DNA from: Sedimentisphaeraceae bacterium JB056
GTDB lineage: Bacteria; Planctomycetota; Phycisphaerae; Sedimentisphaerales; Sedimentisphaeraceae
Reading direction: 5' to 3'
DNA length: 64,000 bases
Assembly: GCA_044440125.1 (NCBI GenBank)
Contig: JBITAJ010000029.1
Location: 192,001-256,000, forward strand
In this document: piece by piece, positions 1-9,548 of the stretch
How the letters are laid out: each line of letters starts with the position of its first letter
Numbering within the stretch: position 1 is the stretch's first letter
Translations under genes and position numbers: made by a program
Notes under the pieces: model-generated
The model's database searches: none
What the model was told of the DNA's origin: nothing
Seen by the model: only the letters and a program-made list of their open reading frames with translations

Positions 1-624
1 AATTTGGCTATGGCCTCATTTGGCTCGGGATGGCCGTGGGCCGGTGATCCCAATGCGGCATTTAATAAAGTTCAGGATGTCGAAATACCTAAAACTTACG
101 TTTTATATACATATTGCGATTCACCGGAGGCTCTTACTGAAAAGGCGAATACTGCCAAAGATATTGGTGTTGATATATGCTGGTTCGAGACGACTCCTTT
201 GTACACCCGCAATAAATACAGAGTGCCGTCGGAAATGGCCATGGCTGCAGAATTAAATTTAAGAAGAACCCTCACTCTTGATTCTGACGCAGTAAAAATT
301 TCCGGAGCGATCTTAGGACTTTGCGAATGGGAGTTGAAGATAAATGGGCAATCGGCAGCCGATGGTAAATATGCTCAGAAAAAAACTTTCGAGGTATCTG
401 AATTTGATAATGGCAGGGAACTGACATTTGATATCAGTGCGCAAAGAGTGCCCGATTCTGACTTCAGAGGCATTGCTGCGATGTTTACTATTGAATGTAA
501 AGACGGTTCCAGGCTTTCAGTATTTACTGACGGCAGTTGGGAAGTTAGTACAGATGCTTTATCACATCAGCCGGCAATGCTCGTCGGTCAGCCCGGAGCA
601 GATCCATTCGTTCAGGAATTTTGA
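1..624 (+). CDS. Partial CDS (5' end outside window); C-terminal jelly-roll domain resembling the alpha-L-rhamnosidase N-terminal/GH2 sugar-binding domain
   Basis: Frame is open from base 1. Segments WELKINGQ and GIAAMFTIECKDGSRLSVFTDGSWEVS are typical of that accessory domain. Confidence 0.5.
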   Translation, partial: NLAMASFGSGWPWAGDPNAAFNKVQDVEIPKTYVLYTYCDSPEALTEKANTAKDIGVDICWFETTPLYTRNKYRVPSEMAMAAELNLRRTLTLDSDAVKISGAILGLCEWELKINGQSAADGKYAQKKTFEVSEFDNGRELTFDISAQRVPDSDFRGIAAMFTIECKDGSRLSVFTDGSWEVSTDALSHQPAMLVGQPGADPFVQEF

Positions 625-641
625 TTATAGGAGTTGAATAT

Positions 642-1811
642 ATGTTTTTGAATAAATTTTATATAGCTATCAGTATAGTTGCTCTTTTGTTTGTATCTAA
701 TGCCGGAGCAGCATTTGAAGAAACCAGTTATCAGGAAACATGGCACGGCAACTGTTTGTGGATAAAATCGCAGGAGAATGTCGTTGGGCCCGGATGGATC
801 GACCCAGCAAAATGGATCGCAAAGTTCCCAGGGGCATGGGGTAAGCCGATGGCCTCTTTCAGTATAAGCACACCGGCAAATGCGGGGATGAAAGATATAT
901 ACTGGGACGTATATAATTCCAATGCAATGATCCTCTATCCCAGTGAATTATTCAAAGATAAGGTGTATCGCAATAAGAACGCCGGTTACGATTTCTTTAG
1001 TACCGATATGCCCCTGATTGCCGGCAGATTAGCCTCCCTGGATGAGCAGTATTTGCGATATGTAATCTGGTGGAATGAGGGAAATGTCGAAGCGGATATA
1101 ACGGCTGAGGTTTTGGACAGGTATCCCTTGAATAAAATAGCGATCGTTTGCGATGAACAAGAAAATGATGCCGTAAAAGTAAAACTGGGCGAAAAAATCG
1201 ATGATATTGATTACGACAGGATCGAGTTTTTGAGTAATAAAGATATTTCCGAAATGACCGATCTGACTATGTGTAATGAGGATCCTCTCAAAAGCCATGA
1301 CTTTCATAAAGAGATGATACATAAGTATCTTTATTTTGGCAAGGCAGTTTTTAAGCGTAAAATCGTAATATACGATGAGGGGCAAAGATGCAGCCTGGCA
1401 GTAAGCGGCAGGAATAAATGGCATGTCTTTGTAAACGGAAAATATATAGCGAGTGGTAATTGGAAGAATGGAACATGGCAGGATATGGCATTTTTGAGCG
1501 GCACTTACGATGTTTCAGAGCTAATGCATCCCGGAAAGAATGAAATAATGGTCTGTGTGGAATCCGGATATAATGAGCGTGCTTTTATGGCTAATATCAA
1601 GGTGGGTGATATGGTTTACAGGTCTGATGATAACTGGAAAGCTCTACCTGTAAAAGAAGTTCCTACCGAGGAGACTCTGAACGAAATGTGTGGAGCAGAA
1701 AAGGATTGGCATACGCCTGTGATTCTTTCAAGAGCGAATGTATGGCCTAATACCATGGGAAAGGTATACTGGCACAGATTATACCCATGGCAAAAGGAGG
1801 TTAAAGATTAA
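642..1811 (+). CDS. Secreted hypothetical protein with C-terminal rhamnosidase-N-like beta-sandwich
   Basis: AGGAG RBS before ATG 642; hydrophobic signal peptide ending AGA; WHVFVNGK...PGKNEIMV...VYRSDDNWKA. Confidence 0.55.
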   Translation: MFLNKFYIAISIVALLFVSNAGAAFEETSYQETWHGNCLWIKSQENVVGPGWIDPAKWIAKFPGAWGKPMASFSISTPANAGMKDIYWDVYNSNAMILYPSELFKDKVYRNKNAGYDFFSTDMPLIAGRLASLDEQYLRYVIWWNEGNVEADITAEVLDRYPLNKIAIVCDEQENDAVKVKLGEKIDDIDYDRIEFLSNKDISEMTDLTMCNEDPLKSHDFHKEMIHKYLYFGKAVFKRKIVIYDEGQRCSLAVSGRNKWHVFVNGKYIASGNWKNGTWQDMAFLSGTYDVSELMHPGKNEIMVCVESGYNERAFMANIKVGDMVYRSDDNWKALPVKEVPTEETLNEMCGAEKDWHTPVILSRANVWPNTMGKVYWHRLYPWQKEVKD

Positions 1812-1867
1812 ATCATCCGCGCCGTGCGGATAAAAATTTAAGTTTTGTGTAAATGAAAGGTTGTAAG

Positions 1868-4051
1868 ATGGTAAAAAAGAAATTAGTTTTAACTGCAAGT
1901 CTATGCTGCTTGTTTATGGCATTAATTTGTTTAGATGCAGATGCCTATTATGGCAACATCTTTATCGGAACCGATGACGGAGCGTACTGGCTTCAAGCCA
2001 ACGGTAGTGATAACGGGATTGAGGAAGTCTCTAAATTCCAGGACCGCGGCTACGAAGTTAACGCCGTTGCGTCATCTTATTTTGAATATAATAAAGGCTA
2101 TGTGGATAACGACAGCCTTGTAGATGTTGTAACAGGCGAGGACTCCGGCGGGCTTACGGTATGCCCTAATATTTGGTATGAGTACACTGCCGAAGGCACG
2201 TTGACTCATATTGCCGGTACTGATTCAGTGCGGCCAATGTCGGGATATGCTTCAGATAACGGCATGGCAATAGGGGATTTTGACAACAACGGCAGCAAAG
2301 AGCTTATGATGGCCGTGAGCTGGGGAAATATGTACCGTTTTGAAAGCAGCGCCGATGATACTATAGCACAGGTTGGAACTACGATTACCACCGGTGTTGC
2401 CGCTTTGGCTTCCGGCCAATTCAATCCCGAGCAGGATAGTTACGAAGATCTCTTTATTGCCCGTAATTCATATTATTCTAATTCCGGGCACCCAAGAGAC
2501 GGGTACGGATATATTGACTGGTACTGTTATATTGAAAGCAGTTCATCGTATGGTTATAAGGGTCGCATCTACGTTGCTTCGGGTAAAAAACCTGTTGACA
2601 TGGCTGTAGGAGATTTTGATGATGATGAATATATGGATATCTTTGTGGTCCTTGATGATGGAAGCGTTCTGCAGATGGAGTATGTCGGTAATTGGTGGCA
2701 GACAACAGGTTCTGCAGATCCTGTAGGCAGTTCATTTGGAAGCGGAGCGAAATGCGTTGCTATTGGTGATGTAGATGCCGATGGTATATCCGAACTGATA
2801 GTCGGCGGGGCTAATGGTCTTTCATGGTATCAAAGCGATAGAGACGGAAATGCTCTTAAGGTAATGGGCTATGAGACTGCTTACAGCGTGAACGATATGG
2901 CAATAGCAATGCTTCCGGGCGACCCGCCTGTAACACTGGTTGCTAAAGCTGAGAGTTTTGAAATTGAACTCGATTTCAAGTATAGAAGCTTTATTTATTC
3001 CAAACGTTATGATGGTTCAAGTGATCCGCGAAATGCGGATATTTTTATCCCTGCTTTGGCTTCGAAAAAAGTTTACGGCTCCACCAGAATGCTGGCAAGC
3101 GGATTGTTTGGTGAACATCCTTATAATGAAAATGGCTTCCATATGCAGACTTATGGAAACAGTCTTGAATGGACCGGGGCAACACTGCCCTCCGGACCGC
3201 TTAATTTCCTTAATCTCCCAAATGACGAGGCACTGATTATTGCAGTACCAACTTCTCCTGTGCAGGGCGATGATTCCAAACGAACCGGAACTATATTTTA
3301 TATTGATCAGAACTTGGGTTCAACTTCTTATACAATTAATCTTAGCTTCCCTTCTATGAGTATAGAGTCATTGAGTTTTCAAAGAAGCATTGTAAGGCTT
3401 TCTAATGGGAATTTACTGGCAATTGTACATGGTAAACTCAGTTCTGATACGTATTATCAAAGGTGTATGCTGATCGAATCGACAGACCTTGGCTTGAACT
3501 GGACATACAAAAGTACCGTGGCGGTTCATGATAATTCATGGATGGGTGACGAAGGCCCCTCAGAATCAGATATGATACAGCTTTCCAACGGAAATCTGTT
3601 GGCGGTAATGAGAACCGGTGGAATTAATAATGATTACCACACAGGTGACTGGTGGTGGACTACTGATCCCAGGGAAGTACCTATGATATATTGCATAAGC
3701 ACCGATAGCGGGTCGACATGGAGCGATCCGATATCTCTTGGTCAGGCAGGCATATTCCCTGATCTTACCCTGCTTGATGATAACAAGGTTGCTCTTACTT
3801 ATGGCAGACCCGGGATAAATATCATGTTCGCTGATGCAACGGCATCGCAATGGTCCAGTCCGGTAAGTTTGTATAGCGGAGCCGGCGGTCATAATAATGC
3901 CACAATAAAATATACTGACGGCGACCTGGTTGTCATATATGCTGAATCAGACTTCAATGACAGGGCTGAGTCTTATCCTGATCTGTGGCTCTATCCCGGT
4001 TATATGAATTATCTCTGCCAGTTAAAATTTGATCTTACGGTTACTAATTGA
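1868..4051 (+). CDS. Secreted protein: N-terminal FG-GAP/VCBS repeats plus C-terminal BNR/Asp-box (sialidase-like) propeller
   Basis: Signal peptide; AIGDFDNNG, AVGDFDDD and AIGDVDADG repeats; Asp-boxes STDLGLNW and STDSGSTW; YGRPG. Confidence 0.75.
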   Translation: MVKKKLVLTASLCCLFMALICLDADAYYGNIFIGTDDGAYWLQANGSDNGIEEVSKFQDRGYEVNAVASSYFEYNKGYVDNDSLVDVVTGEDSGGLTVCPNIWYEYTAEGTLTHIAGTDSVRPMSGYASDNGMAIGDFDNNGSKELMMAVSWGNMYRFESSADDTIAQVGTTITTGVAALASGQFNPEQDSYEDLFIARNSYYSNSGHPRDGYGYIDWYCYIESSSSYGYKGRIYVASGKKPVDMAVGDFDDDEYMDIFVVLDDGSVLQMEYVGNWWQTTGSADPVGSSFGSGAKCVAIGDVDADGISELIVGGANGLSWYQSDRDGNALKVMGYETAYSVNDMAIAMLPGDPPVTLVAKAESFEIELDFKYRSFIYSKRYDGSSDPRNADIFIPALASKKVYGSTRMLASGLFGEHPYNENGFHMQTYGNSLEWTGATLPSGPLNFLNLPNDEALIIAVPTSPVQGDDSKRTGTIFYIDQNLGSTSYTINLSFPSMSIESLSFQRSIVRLSNGNLLAIVHGKLSSDTYYQRCMLIESTDLGLNWTYKSTVAVHDNSWMGDEGPSESDMIQLSNGNLLAVMRTGGINNDYHTGDWWWTTDPREVPMIYCISTDSGSTWSDPISLGQAGIFPDLTLLDDNKVALTYGRPGINIMFADATASQWSSPVSLYSGAGGHNNATIKYTDGDLVVIYAESDFNDRAESYPDLWLYPGYMNYLCQLKFDLTVTN

Positions 4052-4061
4052 TATTGAAATT

Positions 4062-4095
4062 TGCCATGGTACGCATATTCTTGCGTGCCATGGCA
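4062..4095 (+). other. 14-bp intergenic stem-loop without U-tract
   Basis: TGCCATGGTACGCA / TGCGTGCCATGGCA inverted repeat with one G-U pair. Confidence 0.7.
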
Positions 4096-4110
4096 GACCT
4101 TGGAATAAAT

Positions 4111-5025
4111 ATGGACAATAAACTTAAAGCTATAACGGCGGCATGGTCTGCCTCACCGACACCATTAATGGAAGATTTAACTGTCGATACGGCCTCTGTT
4201 GAGCGCATGGTTAAACATCACATCAGATTGAAGCAGCAGGGTATGTTTATTGGCGGTACTTGCGGCGAGGGGCCTTACCTGCCGGTAAGCGAGTTTAGAA
4301 AGCTTGTATCGTCTGTGTCGCAGGCGGCGGGCAGCGATATTCTTGTTGCCGTGCAGGTTACGGACAATTCGTACTCAAAGGTTATCGATAAGATTAATGA
4401 TGCGAAAGCAGATGGCGGGGATATTGCAATAATAGCTGAGCCGTGGTTTTGTGCTTGCATGAGTGAAGCGGCTTTGCTGAAATATTATCTTGAATCGGCA
4501 GAGAAGTCACGGCTTCCGGTTGGGATATACAGCAGGGGCGCAAAGGAAATACCTGCTAAGCTGTATAAGCAGATTCTCGCACATCCAAACGTAAAGATAT
4601 TCAAGGATTCTTCGCTCAACGATGAGATTATGAATATCGCTTTAGAGGCAAAACAGACTCGTAGTGATTTGTTTGTAATGACAGGCTATGAGCTTGGTAT
4701 GCCTAAATATCTCAAAGCCGGTTACGATGGTATCCTTGCCGGTGGTGGTATACTGATCGGGGCCGTTGCCAATCAGATGATCGAGGCGGCGAAGGCAGGA
4801 GAGTTTGACAAGCTTGAAGGTTTGCAACAGCATTGTGAGAGTATATTCTACCCGGCTTACGGCGGCAGAAAGATAACAAGCTGGCTTACAGGTCTCAAGT
4901 ATACGCTGGTTAAAATGGGTATATTCTCGACGACAGCAGGGTATCTCAAATATGATCTCACCGAATCAGTTAAAGCTGATATTGCAAGAATGCTCGAAGA
5001 AGAAAAAGATGTTTTATTGCCGTAA
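4111..5025 (+). CDS. Dihydrodipicolinate synthase / N-acetylneuraminate lyase family aldolase
   Basis: GGTCGEG (GxxGE), IYS tyrosine, FKDSS Schiff-base lysine, LKY near the C-terminus. Confidence 0.85.
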   Translation: MDNKLKAITAAWSASPTPLMEDLTVDTASVERMVKHHIRLKQQGMFIGGTCGEGPYLPVSEFRKLVSSVSQAAGSDILVAVQVTDNSYSKVIDKINDAKADGGDIAIIAEPWFCACMSEAALLKYYLESAEKSRLPVGIYSRGAKEIPAKLYKQILAHPNVKIFKDSSLNDEIMNIALEAKQTRSDLFVMTGYELGMPKYLKAGYDGILAGGGILIGAVANQMIEAAKAGEFDKLEGLQQHCESIFYPAYGGRKITSWLTGLKYTLVKMGIFSTTAGYLKYDLTESVKADIARMLEEEKDVLLP

Positions 5026-5037
5026 GGACGGTCTCAA

Positions 5038-5514
5038 ATGAAAGACATAAAAGTAATAGACTGCAAGGCATCCGACAATGAGTACCTGCACAAGGATTTT
5101 CATGGGGCACTTTGCTATGCGATAAAGTACCTTGAAGATAATTACGGCACAGAATCTGTTGAAGAGTATCTTCAGCAGGTTGCAAGGACGTATTATAAGC
5201 CGCTGACTGATGAACTTAAAGCAAACGGACTCCAGGTTCTTGAGAATCATTGGAATGATATCTTTAACAGAGAGGACGGCGAGTTTGAGCTTGGCTATGA
5301 AGGTAAGACGCTCGTCTTGAAGGTTGATGATTGTCCCGCCGTTAGCCATCTTAAAAAGAGGGGTCTTTTCTATACCGATAATTTCTGCCTGACTACAAAG
5401 ATTGTGAACGAAACGATCTGTAAAGATGCAGGTTTCTGCTGCAGTTGTAATTACATAAGCGGCGAAGGGAAATGCGTTCAGAAATTCTGGAAATCGCAGG
5501 GGGCAACAGAATGA
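5038..5514 (+). CDS. Small Cys-rich hypothetical protein (V4R / ATC-hydrolase-like fold?)
   Basis: 158-aa ORF with DCP...FC...C pattern; paralogous to the next gene. Confidence 0.55.
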   Translation: MKDIKVIDCKASDNEYLHKDFHGALCYAIKYLEDNYGTESVEEYLQQVARTYYKPLTDELKANGLQVLENHWNDIFNREDGEFELGYEGKTLVLKVDDCPAVSHLKKRGLFYTDNFCLTTKIVNETICKDAGFCCSCNYISGEGKCVQKFWKSQGATE

Positions 5515-5942
5515 TATCATGCACTGATTTTATACCGGCCTACAGCGAGCTGTTTAAGTATCTCGACGAAAAGGGCGGCAAGGCAGAAGTTGTCAAGTTT
5601 TGGGAAAACCTCTCAGATAACTTTCTCGGCAATCTCAGAGATCATGCAGAAAAGATGGGCATTGCCGGGTGCTGGGAATATTGGAGCCATACCCTCACAG
5701 AAGAGGCCGCGGATTTCCGTATGGAACTCGATGATGATAACGGCGTCTTCTCGATAGAGATGAGAGATTGTCCAAGTATGGGCAGGCTGCTCAAGGAAAA
5801 GCATATCGAACCATATAAGTATTACTGTGAGCATTGCGACACGCTTTACCGCCGTGTTCTTGAGCCCCTTGGCTTCGAATACGACATAGACCTTAGCCAA
5901 TGCGATCAGGCAAAGTGTAAACTTACTGTCAGAAGAGCTTAA
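5511..5942 (+). CDS. Small Cys-rich hypothetical protein, paralog of 5038-5514
   Basis: ATGA overlap with the upstream stop; DCPS...YCEHC...C pattern. Confidence 0.55.
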   Translation: MISCTDFIPAYSELFKYLDEKGGKAEVVKFWENLSDNFLGNLRDHAEKMGIAGCWEYWSHTLTEEAADFRMELDDDNGVFSIEMRDCPSMGRLLKEKHIEPYKYYCEHCDTLYRRVLEPLGFEYDIDLSQCDQAKCKLTVRRA

Positions 5943-6110
5943 TGAAAGATAGTGTTTTTTATGAAAGATTGGTAATCTGATAAGAAATATGACAGTATTC
6001 ATTTCATTCTTATTAACTGTGTTGTTATTTTATGTTTCTGACTGACAGTTTATATATCATGCGAAAAAGTGAATAGTTGTAGAAGCTGTTTATTTCACAG
6101 GGATTTCTAA

Positions 6111-7079
6111 ATGACTTTTTTAACAGAGACAGATAAGTATATATACGAGCGGGATATTGCTCCGTTTTTGCCGTCAAAGATAATTGATATACATACTCAT
6201 ATCGATATTGCTCGGTTTATGCCTGATAGGGGTGATTCGCAATTTGGAGATGTTACTGTCGATGTGGTGAAACAGTGGTGGAAAATGCTTCTTCCTGATG
6301 CTCTGGTTACAGGTAATATCATGGGGTTTCCTCGGGAGCGATGTGATATTCAGGGACAGAATGAGTATCTGGCCAATAATATTGGTAATGAGGGTAACGT
6401 ATTTTCATTGCTTGTTAGCCCTGATGTATCTATCGATAAGCTTGAGGCGGATATTGTCAACTACAAGCCGTTTGCTCTGAAACCTTATTTATGCTTCTCG
6501 GTGGCTGATGATCATAGTGATGCTCGAATAACAGAATTCATGCCTGAGGAGCAATTTGAGCTGGCCAATAGATATAATTTAGCGGTGGTTATTCATGTAT
6601 CTCGTGCAAGGGGCATGGCTGATAAACAGAATTTGGACGATATTTCACGGCAGGTAAAAAAATATCCGAATTGTAATTTTATTTTGGCTCACTGCGGCAG
6701 ATGTTTTGTATCTATAAACGCAGAGGATATGCTCCAAGAGATTCCTGTTGCGGAGAATCTTTGGATTGACACATCGGCGGTTTGTGATATGGGTGTGTTT
6801 ATGCATCTTTTTACCAAATACGACCATTCTAAAATATTGTACGGAAGTGATCTTGTAACAGCCGCGGGTTTTCGTGGGAGTTATGTGCCTATGGGAATGA
6901 GCTGGATCGATTTCAGTGGAGAACAATCTAAAAAGAAATTGGCTGGTATAGCTCCAACTATTGCGGCTTATCAGAATCTTGCTGCGATGTTGCAAGCTGC
7001 AACTTTTTGTAAATTCTCTAAGGCAATGATTGAAGATATTTTTTATAACAACGCTAAAAGACTTTTGTCAAAGATTTGA
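6111..7079 (+). CDS. Amidohydrolase_2 family metallo-hydrolase
   Basis: IIDIHTH, VIH, ILAHCG, IDTS, LYGSD and IFYNNA motifs. Confidence 0.85.
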   Translation: MTFLTETDKYIYERDIAPFLPSKIIDIHTHIDIARFMPDRGDSQFGDVTVDVVKQWWKMLLPDALVTGNIMGFPRERCDIQGQNEYLANNIGNEGNVFSLLVSPDVSIDKLEADIVNYKPFALKPYLCFSVADDHSDARITEFMPEEQFELANRYNLAVVIHVSRARGMADKQNLDDISRQVKKYPNCNFILAHCGRCFVSINAEDMLQEIPVAENLWIDTSAVCDMGVFMHLFTKYDHSKILYGSDLVTAAGFRGSYVPMGMSWIDFSGEQSKKKLAGIAPTIAAYQNLAAMLQAATFCKFSKAMIEDIFYNNAKRLLSKI

Positions 7080-7108
7080 AATATACAAATGCGATTTGAG
7101 GAATAATA

Positions 7109-8428
7109 ATGGATACACAAAAAACTCAAGATTTATATATAAAGGCAAAAAAGATAATTCCCGCAGGTACGCAACTGTTGAGTAAAAGGCCTGAAATGCA
7201 GGCTCCTGATGTGTGGCCGGCATATTATACTAAGGCTAAAGGCTGTGAGGTTTGGGATTTGGATGGCAATCATTATTATGACATGTCCACAAACGGCATC
7301 GGTTCATGTTTGCTTGGCTACGCGAACCCAGCCGTTTCAGAGGCGGTCATTAAGCGTGTTAAAGATGGAAGTATGTCCACCTTGAATCCGCCTGAAGAAG
7401 TGGAACTGGCAGAGAAGCTTTGCGAGATACACCCTTGGGCGCAGCAGGCACGTTTTACCAGAACAGGCGGTGAAGTTGCCGCCGCAGCTATAAGGATTGC
7501 AAGAGCAACTACCAAGCGTACTGTGATAGCGGTATGTGGGTATCACGGCTGGCACGATTGGTATTTAGCGGCTAACCTTGGTGAAGGCGACAGGCTTGAC
7601 GGTCATTTATTGCCGGGGCTCAATCCCCTTGGGGTACCAAAGCAGTTGACGGGGACGACTTTAACCTTCAGATACGATAATATTGAGCAGCTTGAAGAAA
7701 TAGTCAAAGTCCATGGTGATGACCTGGCGGCTGTTATAATGGAACCCACTCGCTATAGCGACCCTCAAAACGGTTTTCTCGATCAAGTCAAAAATATTAC
7801 AAAGAAATGTGGAGCGTTATTGATATTTGATGAGATAACAATCGGTTGGCGGTTATGTTTTGGGGGAGCACACCTAAAATACAGAGTTGAACCTGATTTG
7901 GCGATATTTGCAAAAGCTTTGGGCAACGGCCATCCGATTGGAGCGGTGATAGGAACTCGTGATGCAATGGAGGGTGCGAACGTATCGTTTATTAGCAGCA
8001 CCTACTGGACCGAAAGTGTTGGCCCCGTTGCCGCATTAGCAGTATTGGAACAATTAAAGAAGTCTAACATTGTGGAACATATTGACAAGATCGGCAGGAA
8101 AGTGCTGGGGTATTGGGAAAAAAATAGCAACAAGCATGGCTTGAAAATTAACATTGATTACAATCGGCCATGTCTTGCACATTGCAGCTTTAATCACGAA
8201 AACTCCAACGCCATGCGAACTTACTATACCCAACTAATGCTTGAAAGAGGTTTTTTAGCTGGTTTGTCTATTTATCCAACTCTTGCCCACAACGATGATA
8301 ATATATCACTTTACGGCCAGGCAATAGATGAAGTGTTCGCTAAGATAGCGACAGCCACCGAGGCCGGAACCGTCTTAAGTAGCTTGAAAGGGGCGGTTGC
8401 TCATACAGGTTTCGCAAGGCTTTTATGA
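7109..8428 (+). CDS. Class-III PLP aminotransferase (glutamate-1-semialdehyde aminomutase-like)
   Basis: WDLDGNHYYD, GYHGW, LIFDEITIG, FAKALGNG (PLP lysine). Confidence 0.85.
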   Translation: MDTQKTQDLYIKAKKIIPAGTQLLSKRPEMQAPDVWPAYYTKAKGCEVWDLDGNHYYDMSTNGIGSCLLGYANPAVSEAVIKRVKDGSMSTLNPPEEVELAEKLCEIHPWAQQARFTRTGGEVAAAAIRIARATTKRTVIAVCGYHGWHDWYLAANLGEGDRLDGHLLPGLNPLGVPKQLTGTTLTFRYDNIEQLEEIVKVHGDDLAAVIMEPTRYSDPQNGFLDQVKNITKKCGALLIFDEITIGWRLCFGGAHLKYRVEPDLAIFAKALGNGHPIGAVIGTRDAMEGANVSFISSTYWTESVGPVAALAVLEQLKKSNIVEHIDKIGRKVLGYWEKNSNKHGLKINIDYNRPCLAHCSFNHENSNAMRTYYTQLMLERGFLAGLSIYPTLAHNDDNISLYGQAIDEVFAKIATATEAGTVLSSLKGAVAHTGFARLL

Positions 8429-8434
8429 TGTAGC

Positions 8435-8547
8435 TGCGAGAATTCATGTGCGTTCTGTTATGCTGCACGTTTTGTGGATTGAATTCTAACGAATTGGAAG
8501 ATATTTTTTACAACAACGCTGCCGGATTATTTAATCTTAGCAATTGA
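8435..8547 (+). pseudogene. Relic 3' end of a second amidohydrolase paralog
   Basis: With one frameshift it translates to ENSCAFCYA(A)TFCGLNSNELEDIFYNNAAGLF, versus YQNLAAMLQAATFCKFSKAMIEDIFYNNAKRLL in 6111-7079. Confidence 0.7.
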
Positions 8548-8568
8548 TGAAATTATAAAAAGGGAATC

Positions 8569-9519
8569 ATGAAGAAGAATATTTTAGGAAGAACCGGGAT
8601 AGAAGTTTCAGAGCTGTCTTTCGGTGCTGTTTGTATTGGGCTGCCTTATGGTATTGAGGCGGACAGCGAAAGACCGGACGATGATTATTTTGTAAGTTTA
8701 CTAAATACATCATTAGATAGCGGAATTAACTTTTTTGACACCGCCAGAGGCTACGGCAAGAGTGAAGAACTTATCGGCAAGGCCTTTGAGGATAAAAGAC
8801 GCGAAGTTGTTATATGCACCAAGCCCTCTCATATCAAACCTGAGCAATTGAATATCTTAAGCTATGATGAGATTGGAGGCATTATAAAAGGCTCACTCCA
8901 AACGAGTTTACAGAATCTCAAAACTGATTATGTGGATGTTCTGATGTCGCATAATGGACAGCTCGAGTATCAGAAAAATAAAAACTTCGTTAAATCCTTT
9001 GACGACATGAAGCAGCAGGGCCTGACCAGGTCTTTAGGAATATCAGTTTATACTGTCCAAGAGTCTCTGGAGGCTATCAACAGCGGCATTTGGAATGTGA
9101 TTCAATTACCTTTCAATCTGATGGATCAGCGTCAGTCTGAAGTTTTTGAGCTGGCACATGAAAAGGGCGTTGGTATTGTTGTGCGGTCTGTGCTTTTCAA
9201 GGGCATACTGGCTGATAGTCGTCGTGCATTGCATCCTGCACTTAGAGCAATAGATGAGCATTGTGAGCTTTATAGAGAGCTTCTTGACGATGATACTAAA
9301 ACGCTGTCGGAACTTGCGACAAAGTTTGTCCTCTCGCAAAAAGGCATTTCATCAGTTCTGGTCGGTATTGACAAACTTCAGTATCTTGAACAGGCACTTA
9401 AGGTAACAGCCGGCAAATCTTTGAATGATTCGGTTTTGGCACAGGCGAAAAATATGTCCTACCCCGATCCGGAGTTTCTTGATCTCCCCAAGTGGTCTCG
9501 TGAGGGTTGGTTGATATGA
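8569..9519 (+). CDS. Aldo/keto reductase
   Basis: LGRTGIEVSELSFG, FFDTARGYG, SEELIG, TK, SLQNLKTDYVD. Confidence 0.9.
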   Translation: MKKNILGRTGIEVSELSFGAVCIGLPYGIEADSERPDDDYFVSLLNTSLDSGINFFDTARGYGKSEELIGKAFEDKRREVVICTKPSHIKPEQLNILSYDEIGGIIKGSLQTSLQNLKTDYVDVLMSHNGQLEYQKNKNFVKSFDDMKQQGLTRSLGISVYTVQESLEAINSGIWNVIQLPFNLMDQRQSEVFELAHEKGVGIVVRSVLFKGILADSRRALHPALRAIDEHCELYRELLDDDTKTLSELATKFVLSQKGISSVLVGIDKLQYLEQALKVTAGKSLNDSVLAQAKNMSYPDPEFLDLPKWSREGWLI

Positions 9520-9548
9520 ATTATTTGATTATTTGAAAGATAAGATGG

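Noticed and set aside
1815..1831. Small hairpin ATCCGCG-ccg-TGCGGAT as a terminator
   Set aside because: The stem is short, there is no + strand U-tract, and it lies between co-oriented genes; its function cannot be supported.
7109..8428. Calling the aminotransferase hemL
   Set aside because: Only family-level similarity is visible, and the context is sugar catabolism with no tetrapyrrole genes.
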